Of a DNA stretch of 33,995 nt, positions 1 through 6,808 are shown piece after piece (position 1 is the stretch's first letter; each line of letters begins with the position of its first letter). The notes beneath the pieces were generated by a model that searched no databases, was not told the origin of the DNA, and was given only the letters and a program-made list of their open reading frames with translations. The DNA is taken from assembly GCA_031362565.1 (NCBI GenBank), contig JANLSU010000021.1:1-33995 (forward strand), given 5' to 3'. Source of the DNA: a bacterium (GTDB lineage: Bacteria > Krumholzibacteriota > Krumholzibacteriia > G020349025). A program made the translations under genes and the position numbers.

Positions 1-173
1 CGGTTGCGGCAGTTGCTTCGGGCCGCCCCATGGCACGCCACGACGGCGCGCCGGCGCCGGAACTTGCGCATCTGCCACCGGCAGCGGTGCGGCCTTCGTA
101 ACGGGCATCGTCCCAACACGCCCGATCGCCTTCGCGTAAGCAGCTTCTTCAATGCAATTGCTGGGGCGTGGGG

Positions 174-297
174 GTCTTCGGGGGCGTGCGACCCCCCGCC
201 GACTCAAACAGAACGGGCCGCGCCGCGCGCTTCGCGCGCAATATTAGATGCGCGAGCCCGTTAACTCGCAGTCGGGGGGTCGCACACCCCCGAAGAC
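174..297. repeat. Pair of 24-bp REP-like palindromic elements in inverted orientation (174-197 and 274-297)
   Basis: GTCTTCGGGGGCGTGCGACCCCCC (174-197) is the reverse complement of GGGGGGTCGCACACCCCCGAAGAC (274-297) with 1 mismatch; each arm folds on itself (GGGGG-N7-CCCCC). Confidence 0.75.
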
Positions 298-347
298 GTG
301 CGACTAGCCGGAGCGGGCTCCAAACCAGCAAGTCCAAGAGACCGCTG

Positions 348-449
348 GACTCCTAACCAACGACTCCGAGAAACCAACCGACTCCACGCCAACGACGACC
401 ACCCGACTCCAAACACGCTGACGTCAAATCGCGGGACTCCAACGACTGC
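348..449. repeat. Degenerate tandem repeat with GACTCC core (GGAGTC on minus strand)
   Basis: GACTCC at 348, 362, 380, 405 and 435, usually followed by CCAAC/CAAAC; A/C-skewed tract with no convincing ORF. Confidence 0.65.
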
Positions 450-561
450 GCGGCGAAGCGGCTGGACCGAATCGATCTTGGTGTCGCGCAGGGTGCAATC
501 CTTGGTGGGGGACTTTGGGGTCGTATCGGGAACGATGCGGTATGTGTGGTGTGAAATACTT

Positions 562-593
562 TCTGGCGGGGTGGCGGTTGGAGCAGATATACT
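562..593 (+). promoter_or_regulatory. Putative promoter of secreted paralogue 1 (TCTGG-N21-TATACT)
   Basis: TATACT -10-like hexamer at 588-593; the same TCTGG-N21-TATACT arrangement occurs upstream of the paralogue at 5926-5957. Confidence 0.5.
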
Positions 594-758
594 TGTACTA
601 ACGTTCGAGCGGCTGCTTTTTGCTCGACGCTCCAAATCCTCGCCACTCTGATCCACGAGTGGATAGCGGACTTCAGTCGACCGACTCGCCGTGCGGTTCT
701 TCTTCAAGACTTCGAGAGTGCGCGGCAGCTCCGTTTGATGCCTTCATGGAGGAGAGCA

Positions 759-1343
759 ATGAACTCGCGTGCCATTACAGCATGGGTCCTGGCCTTGGGG
801 GTCGCGGCCGGAACCGCGCAGGCTTCGTCTATTGGAGTGTTCACGGCCGATAATGGAACCGACTGCGATGCGGACGTCGTGCCATTCGCGCCATTCTTCA
901 CGTACATTGGCGCGGTGTTGGGCGGCGACGCGGCCGCCAGCGGCATTTCCGGCGCCGAGTTTCGCGTCGATGGCTACGATGCGGCGTGGTTCAATACCAG
1001 CACGCCGAATGCGGCGTCGAATCTGGCGCTGGCAAACCCGATCACGGGCGGCGGGAACATCGCATTTCCGACCTGCCAGACCGGGACCGGTGGTTTCGTG
1101 TTGCTCTATACCGTTCAGAGCCTCGCGTTTACAACGGTTACGCCGCACACGCTGCACGTCGGCAAACACACGACGCCGAGCAACGTCAACTTCGAATGCC
1201 CGCTCGTGACCATTTGCGATTCCCCGACGTTCACCAAGATCTGCGTGCCGGGTGGCGAGGCGTTCCTGAACACGCCGGATCGCTCCTGCACGGTTGGTGT
1301 CGAGCAGAAGAGTTGGACGGCCATCAAGCGCCTGTACCACTAA
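759..1343 (+). CDS. Secreted Cys-rich beta-rich protein with C-terminal 'SWxxIKxLY' motif (paralogue 1)
   Basis: GGAGGAG RBS at 748-754; signal peptide ending AQA-S; 6 Cys in the mature part; ends CTVGVEQKSWTAIKRLYH; clearly paralogous to 6129-6719. Confidence 0.9.
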   Translation: MNSRAITAWVLALGVAAGTAQASSIGVFTADNGTDCDADVVPFAPFFTYIGAVLGGDAAASGISGAEFRVDGYDAAWFNTSTPNAASNLALANPITGGGNIAFPTCQTGTGGFVLLYTVQSLAFTTVTPHTLHVGKHTTPSNVNFECPLVTICDSPTFTKICVPGGEAFLNTPDRSCTVGVEQKSWTAIKRLYH

Positions 1344-1347
1344 GCCG

Positions 1348-1968
1348 TCAGGGCTTGGCCGCTTGCGGTACCGCGGTGGCCGGCGCCGGTGCCGGACGCA
1401 GGCCTCCGAAATCGACCTTGGGCGTTTGCTTGGCTTCGGTGGAAACCGGATAGAACGGCTCGGCCTTGAACCCCAGCATGTTGGAAAAAATGTTGGTGGG
1501 GAAACGCCGGATCAAAGCGTTGAAGTCGCCGACCTTCTCGTTGTAACGCGTGCGTGCGACCGAGAGGCGATTCTCCGTCCCCGACAGTTCGTCCTGCAGG
1601 CGTGCGAAGTTCTCGCTCGAACGCAACTGCGGATAGTTCTCGATCACCACGAGCAAGCGTCCAAGCGCCGAGTCCATGGACTGGCCGGCGGCGATCTTGT
1701 CTTGTGGGGTGCGTGCCCCGGCCATTTGCGCCCGGGCGTCCGCAATCCGGCCGAAGACCTCTTGTTCCTGCGCCGCGAACCCCTTCACGGTCTCGACGAG
1801 ATTCGGGATGAGGTCGCTACGTCGCTGGAGCTGGTTGTCGACTTCGGCGAAGGCGGTGTGCACTTCGGTCTGCTTGTTCACCAGGCCGTTGTAGCTGCCC
1901 ATGAACCGCCCCACGATGATGAGGAGCAGGACGACAACCACCAACAGAACCATGACACTGCGTTTCAT
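1348..1968 (-). CDS. lemA: LemA family protein
   Basis: N-terminal TM anchor; motifs YNGLV, QLQRRSDLIPNLVETVKG, ENYPQLRSSENF, LQDELSGTENR, RYN, FPTN; GAAGGAG RBS. Confidence 0.96.
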   Translation of the reverse strand: MKRSVMVLLVVVVLLLIIVGRFMGSYNGLVNKQTEVHTAFAEVDNQLQRRSDLIPNLVETVKGFAAQEQEVFGRIADARAQMAGARTPQDKIAAGQSMDSALGRLLVVIENYPQLRSSENFARLQDELSGTENRLSVARTRYNEKVGDFNALIRRFPTNIFSNMLGFKAEPFYPVSTEAKQTPKVDFGGLRPAPAPATAVPQAAKP

Positions 1969-2040
1969 CGCATCTCCTTCGTCGTAACCCAAGGGCTGGC
2001 TCGGTGCCAGCGGCGGTGCTTGGGCACCGCCAGGAACTGA

Positions 2041-2949
2041 TTACCAGCTGCCGGACGCCCCGCCGCCTCCGGAGGCACCGCCTCCAAAGCCACCGAATCC
2101 GCCACCGCCAAATCCGCCCCCGCCGCCGCCCCCAAAGCCGCCGCCCCCGAGGCCGCCACCGTACCACGCCCCGCCCCCGCCGCCCCAGGGCCCGCCCCTG
2201 CCGTGGCCGCCGCGCGAGCGCGCCATCGCCAGACCCAAGAACATCACCACGAAAAACAGCGCCATCGGGTTGATCCCGGTGCTCCGGGTCCGGCGCGGTC
2301 GCGCCACCCTTCCCGTCGGCACGGGCGGCGGCACGTGCCGTTCTTCGGCGATGAAACGCGCCGCTTCGGTCAGGCCCGCAAGGATTCCGCCGGCCATGTC
2401 GCCGGCTTTGAATTGCGGCGTGATTTGGCCGCGAATGATGCCGCCCAAGCGTCCATCGGGGAGGGTGCCTTCCAATCCATAGCCGGTTTCGAAGTGCAGG
2501 GCCCGGTCTTGCAAGGCGATGCAGAGCAGCAGTCCTGCATCGTTCTTGGCGCCGCCGATGCCCCACTTCTGAAACAGTTGGACCGAGTATTCCTCGATCG
2601 TCTGCGGGGCGACGGTCGGCACGATCACGACCGCGAACTGCACCTGCAACGCGCGTTCGACTTCGCCGAGGTAGGCTTCGATGCCGGCCGTCTCACTCGG
2701 GCCGAGAGCGCCGGCGGTGTCGGTCACATAGCCGGCCGGTTTGCCCAAATCGGCCGGACTGGCTGCGACTGCGGCGTCGAAATCTGGCGCCGGTGACAGC
2801 GCGACCGTTGCCGGCAGCGCGCTCGCGGCGCGCGCCACAGCCACGGGTGCCGCCATCGCGATCGGTGCGTGCAGGAGGAAAACGGCCCCTATGGCGGCCA
2901 CCGCGAACCGGCGGCGCCATCGGCCGAGGTCAATCGGCGGGAATTTCAT
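2041..2949 (-). CDS. TPM-domain (YgcG-like) membrane protein with Gly-rich tail
   Basis: GYVTDTAGAL, WGIG...NDAGLLL, ETGYGLEGTLPD motifs; TM helix; terminal GGFGGFGGGASGGGGASGSW; typical partner of lemA. Start approximate. Confidence 0.93.
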   Translation of the reverse strand: MKFPPIDLGRWRRRFAVAAIGAVFLLHAPIAMAAPVAVARAASALPATVALSPAPDFDAAVAASPADLGKPAGYVTDTAGALGPSETAGIEAYLGEVERALQVQFAVVIVPTVAPQTIEEYSVQLFQKWGIGGAKNDAGLLLCIALQDRALHFETGYGLEGTLPDGRLGGIIRGQITPQFKAGDMAGGILAGLTEAARFIAEERHVPPPVPTGRVARPRRTRSTGINPMALFFVVMFLGLAMARSRGGHGRGGPWGGGGGAWYGGGLGGGGFGGGGGGGFGGGGFGGFGGGASGGGGASGSW

Positions 2950-3700
2950 CGACCTTGCCAATGAGAGATTCGAGCGCCGCCACGTGGGCGGCGAAACGCT
3001 CCCTGGCGACCGCATCGGACGGCGGCTTGGCCGCGCGCCGCGCCGTGACCGGTACGGTGAGCCCTGCAGCATCGACGCCGAACGATTCGGCGACCGCCCC
3101 CAAAAGTTCGTCGGGGTCCTCGGGTGCTTGGGTGACATCGTGCAGCGCCAGCAGGCCGCGCGCGGTAGCGGCGATGCCGCCGGCGGCGCGCGCCATCAGT
3201 TCGTGCGCCACGCCCGGCCGGCCGCCGGCGCGCAGGAACCCTTGGCGCAGCCCCACGAGTTTGGAACGCAGCTCCCATTCGCACTGATGCCGCAGATTGC
3301 GCCCCTCGAGCTCCAGCTCGGCCACGAGATCGGTGCCGTAGACGAGCCCGCGCCGCGTCAGCAAGTCCAGGAATTCGACGGGAAAGACGTCGGTGGAGTC
3401 GCGCAACTGATCGGCCGTCATGACCAGCGGCGTGACGCGCTGTTTATCGCGGCGCGCTTGCGCGGCGAGGGCGACCGCCAGCGCCTCCAAGCGGGCGTGC
3501 GACAGATCGTTCATGACGATCAACAGATTGATGTCGCTCTTGGTGCGGTCGAAGCGCGGACCGAGCGCACTGCCATGGACGTAGATGGTGCCGCATGCAT
3601 CGCCCGCCGCTTCACGCACCACCGCCACCCAGGGCGTAATGGCGTCTTGGATCGCGACGGGCACGGTGTGCGGTGCCGTAGCACGCAGGGGCTTCTTCAT
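2930..3700 (-). CDS. Nucleotidyltransferase-like protein (pol-beta fold) associated with lemA/TPM
   Basis: YVHGSA...SDINLLIV motif, DVFPVEFLDL and NLRHQCEWELRSKL; overlaps the TPM start. Confidence 0.85.
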   Translation of the reverse strand: MKKPLRATAPHTVPVAIQDAITPWVAVVREAAGDACGTIYVHGSALGPRFDRTKSDINLLIVMNDLSHARLEALAVALAAQARRDKQRVTPLVMTADQLRDSTDVFPVEFLDLLTRRGLVYGTDLVAELELEGRNLRHQCEWELRSKLVGLRQGFLRAGGRPGVAHELMARAAGGIAATARGLLALHDVTQAPEDPDELLGAVAESFGVDAAGLTVPVTARRAAKPPSDAVARERFAAHVAALESLIGKVDEIPAD

Positions 3701-3724
3701 GCCGGCATGGTAATCGGCGCGCCG

Positions 3725-4252
3725 TCAACCGTCAACGAGCCCCGTCCGACGCAAGAGATCGACATAGGCGACGGCCAGGTGCGCGTCCGGCGTGACGCCG
3801 CAACATTCGAGCAGCCGTTGCGCGGCTCTGGCGCACTGGCCGGCGTCGTGCGCGGCATCGACCACGGCTTCGAGCTCGAGAAACGATCCCAAATCCTCGA
3901 CGTCATCCAAGTGCACCCGCACATTGTCGACGAAGTACAAGTGCCGAGTTTTGCGGACCTCGCCGGCCGTTTCGAGCACCGAATCGAGCCCCCGGCAGAG
4001 CGCGTCCGGGTCGGCGATGCGCACCAGTTCGTAGGTCGAGCCGCGCAATGCGGCGCTGTCGGGGCGCGCGTAGGCGATGAGCGTTGCACCATCGCGGCTC
4101 GAAACCCGCAACTTGAGCCTGCCCCGCGGCACACCCCAGAAGCGGTCGTGCTGCGTTTCGACACCGGCGTCCCGGGCCCCGAGCCGCCGGAGTTCGGTTT
4201 CGACGTGCTGCCGGTCGTCGAGCCGCGCTTTGATTTCGATGTTGTGGCCCAT
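3725..4252 (-). CDS. CYTH-domain protein (class IV adenylate cyclase / triphosphate tunnel metalloenzyme family)
   Basis: N-terminal NIEIKAR, QHDRFW, RLKLR, VRKTR, RVHLDDVEDLGSFLELE and C-terminal AYVDLL motifs. Confidence 0.92.
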   Translation of the reverse strand: MGHNIEIKARLDDRQHVETELRRLGARDAGVETQHDRFWGVPRGRLKLRVSSRDGATLIAYARPDSAALRGSTYELVRIADPDALCRGLDSVLETAGEVRKTRHLYFVDNVRVHLDDVEDLGSFLELEAVVDAAHDAGQCARAAQRLLECCGVTPDAHLAVAYVDLLRRTGLVDG

Positions 4253-4279
4253 GCGCCCTTCACGAAATGCCGGCCGCCG

Positions 4280-5713
4280 TCACTCGAGCGGCCCCAGCCA
4301 TGGCGGCGTGCCCCAGGGCAATGCCACACCGGCGCGCCGGAACAAGGCGAACGACGCCCGATGCGCTTGGGCGGCGATTTCGTCTTCGTCGACGGTCGCC
4401 AGACGTCCGTCGCGCACCACGACGCGGCCGTTGACGATCGTCGCGTGCGCCCGGTGCGAGATGCCCGTGAACACGAGTGCCGCGAGTGGATCCGAGAGCG
4501 CCCCGGCGCGGTCGAGCCCGGAGACATCGAACAGTACGAGATCGGCCGCCTTGCCGACTTCGATGCTGCCGAGTTCCGATTCGCGTCCCAAGAGCCGGGC
4601 GCCGCCACGGGTCGCGAGCCCGAACGCTTGCTCGGCGCTGAGCGCGCCGGGCCCGTGGCCGGCGCGCGCCAAAAGGATGGCTTGGCGGACTTCGGCGAGC
4701 ATGTCCGAAGAGTCGTTGCTCGAACTACCGTCCACACCGAGCCCAACCGGTACCCCCGCCTGCAGCAATTGCGGAACGCGCGGCATTCCGGACCCTAAAC
4801 GCATGTTGGACGACGGACAGTGCGCGACGCCGGTTCCGGTGCGGGCGAGCAACGCCATCTCTGCGGCGTCGAAGAAGATGCCGTGCGCGTACCACACGTC
4901 GTCGCCGACCCACTCGAGGCGTTCCATGAGTTCGAGCGGCCGGCAGCCGTAGCGCTCCAAGCAATACGTGTTCTCGTCCTCGGTTTCCGCCAGGTGCGTA
5001 TGACAGCGCACGCCTTTGGCGCGCGCCAGGCGCACGGTTTCGAGCAGCAGGCGTTGGCTCACCGAGAACGGCGCACAGGGCGCGAGCGCGATGCGCCGCA
5101 TCGCGAACGGCGCCGGATCGTGATAGCGGTCGAGGACGCGTTCACAGTCGGCGAGAATCACGTCCTCGTCCTGGACGATCGAATCGGGCGGCATGCCGCC
5201 TTGGGACCGGCCCATCGACATGCTGCCGCGGGTCACATGGGCGCGAATGCCGAGCCGCGCTGCGGCCTCGAGCTGCGCGTCCAGCAGTTCTGCCGGCGCG
5301 CCGCGCGGGAAAAGATAATGATGATCGGTCGTCGTCGTGGCGCCGGTGAGCAGTAGTTCGGCGCCCCCCAGGAGGGTGCTCCAGTAGACGGTCTCGGCAT
5401 CCAGGTACTGCCACACCTCGTAGTTCGTCGCCAGCCAATCGAAAAGCTTGGCGTTCTGCGCCGCCGGGGCATTGCGGGTCATGGCCTGAAACAGGTGATG
5501 GTGGGTGTTGACGAGGCCCGGAACGACCACGCACCTGGAGGCATCCAGGGTCTCGCGGGACACGCCGGCGGCGGGTGGGTTCGTCCGCGCCAAACCCGGG
5601 CCCACGGCCGCCACCCGGCCGTCCCGCAGGAGCACGTCGGCGCCCCGGAGCCGGTCCCCACGGCTGTTGAACGTCGCCAGGTGGAAGATGTCCTGGACGA
5701 GAACTTCGTGCAT
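4280..5713 (-). CDS. Amidohydrolase, 8-oxoguanine deaminase / AtzB-like
   Basis: PGLVNTHHHLFQ, DHHYLFP, APCAPFS, HTHLAET, AHCPSSNMRLGSG and GVDGSSSND metal/catalytic motifs; GAGGAG RBS before the ATG. Confidence 0.92.
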   Translation of the reverse strand: MHEVLVQDIFHLATFNSRGDRLRGADVLLRDGRVAAVGPGLARTNPPAAGVSRETLDASRCVVVPGLVNTHHHLFQAMTRNAPAAQNAKLFDWLATNYEVWQYLDAETVYWSTLLGGAELLLTGATTTTDHHYLFPRGAPAELLDAQLEAAARLGIRAHVTRGSMSMGRSQGGMPPDSIVQDEDVILADCERVLDRYHDPAPFAMRRIALAPCAPFSVSQRLLLETVRLARAKGVRCHTHLAETEDENTYCLERYGCRPLELMERLEWVGDDVWYAHGIFFDAAEMALLARTGTGVAHCPSSNMRLGSGMPRVPQLLQAGVPVGLGVDGSSSNDSSDMLAEVRQAILLARAGHGPGALSAEQAFGLATRGGARLLGRESELGSIEVGKAADLVLFDVSGLDRAGALSDPLAALVFTGISHRAHATIVNGRVVVRDGRLATVDEDEIAAQAHRASFALFRRAGVALPWGTPPWLGPLE

Positions 5714-5925
5714 GGGCACTCCTCGCGCCGGTTCGCACTCGCCCGAGCATCGTAACGGATCAAACCGCGGCCGGGGGGATTCGGCGGCGCCGCGACCGCC
5801 GGGGATTCTGCGCCAAATGCCCCGTTCGACGCGGTGTTTGCACCGCCGCCGGGGCCGTTGGAGCAGCCGACGCACACTAAGGCCCGCGTTGTGGCACCAT
5901 GCGGCAGGCTGAGGACGAAAAAGCC

Positions 5926-5957
5926 TCTGGAAAAAACCCCGGCTGCGGACGTATACT
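5926..5957 (+). promoter_or_regulatory. Putative promoter of secreted paralogue 2 (TCTGG-N21-TATACT)
   Basis: TATACT at 5952-5957 and TCTGG at 5926-5930, same spacing as 562-593. Confidence 0.5.
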
Positions 5958-6128
5958 CAGCTCCGGAACCGAGTTTAAGGGACTTGCCCCCTCGACGCTC
6001 GTTAGTCGTCCCACTCTGGCCAGGAGGGGGATTGCGGACGATTCCGTGCATCGCGTACCGTGCTCGTGCAACCCTTGAATACACCGTGGATCACGGCAAC
6101 ATCGGTTGACATCCTTTGGGGAGGAAAG

Positions 6129-6719
6129 ATGAAAGTCCGCGTTATCGCTTCGCTCGTCATGGCTTCGTGTCTCGCCGTTGGTTCCGCCAACGCCTCGTCG
6201 ATCGGTATTTTCTTCGCGCCGGACGCGAGTAGCTGCAGTGGAACGGCTGCACCGTTCACGCCGTTCTTCACCTACATCGTCGCCGTCCTCGGTGGCGACG
6301 CTGCAGCGACGGGCATCACCGGCGCCGAATTCCGTGCCGATGGCTACGACTGCGCTTGGTTCAACACCCCCACGCCGGCGCCGGCCTCGAACCTGTCGCT
6401 CGGCAATCCGCTTTGCCCGCAACCGACGGGCAACGGCGTCAACATCGCGTTCCCGTCGTGCCAGAGCGGTTCTTCGGTGCTGCTCTTCACGATCCAGAGC
6501 CTCGCGCTTGGAGCGGTGACGCCGCGGACCTTGTCGATCAAGCAGCACACGGTCCCGAGCAATCCGAATTTCCAGTGCGCATTGTTCACCCTGTGCGATC
6601 AGTCGTTCTCGAAGATCTGCGTGAGCGGCGGCGAGGCTTTCCTGAATCAGTCGGGCGCGCCCTGCACCGTTGGCGTCGAGCAGAAGTCGTGGTCCGGCGT
6701 CAAGTCGCTGTACAACTAA
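6129..6719 (+). CDS. Secreted Cys-rich beta-rich protein with C-terminal 'SWxxVKxLY' motif (paralogue 2)
   Basis: GGGGAGG RBS; signal peptide ending ANA-S; 8 Cys in the mature part; ends CTVGVEQKSWSGVKSLYN; followed by a terminator. Confidence 0.92.
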   Translation: MKVRVIASLVMASCLAVGSANASSIGIFFAPDASSCSGTAAPFTPFFTYIVAVLGGDAAATGITGAEFRADGYDCAWFNTPTPAPASNLSLGNPLCPQPTGNGVNIAFPSCQSGSSVLLFTIQSLALGAVTPRTLSIKQHTVPSNPNFQCALFTLCDQSFSKICVSGGEAFLNQSGAPCTVGVEQKSWSGVKSLYN

Positions 6720-6749
6720 GCTGAACGACGGACGATCGAAGTTTGAATG

Positions 6750-6783
6750 ACGAAGGCCCCGGCACCACCGGGGCCTTCGTTTT
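6750..6783 (+). terminator. Intrinsic terminator after paralogue 2 (may also serve convergent dsbD)
   Basis: 13-bp perfect stem ACGAAGGCCCCGG / CCGGGGCCTTCGT, loop CACCA, followed by TTT. Confidence 0.85.
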
Positions 6784-6808
6784 GCCACCGCGAATCCTGC
6801 CGAGGATC

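Noticed and set aside
348..449. Possible CRISPR array
   Set aside because: The repeat core is only 6 nt, the spacing is irregular (14-30 nt) and there are no cas genes.
1..707. ORFs 4-264 (+), 261-707 (-), 298-651 (+) and 353-646 (-)
   Set aside because: No RBS, family motif or GC3 bias; they run through the repeats and the promoter/leader of the downstream gene.
2041..2215. (GCC)n-rich low-complexity tract
   Set aside because: It encodes the ordinary Gly-rich tail of TPM-domain proteins.
2741..4798. 685-aa plus-strand ORF and other long antisense or alternate-frame ORFs (e.g. 7170-8684, 9417-11126, 20903-23128, 28650-29969)
   Set aside because: These are shadow ORFs of well-supported genes in high-GC DNA; they are Arg/Ala/Pro-rich with no motifs.
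5714..5925. Possible purine-type riboswitch or sigma-54 site upstream of the deaminase
   Set aside because: No riboswitch consensus is recognisable, and TGGCAC near 5892 lacks a correctly spaced GC at -12.
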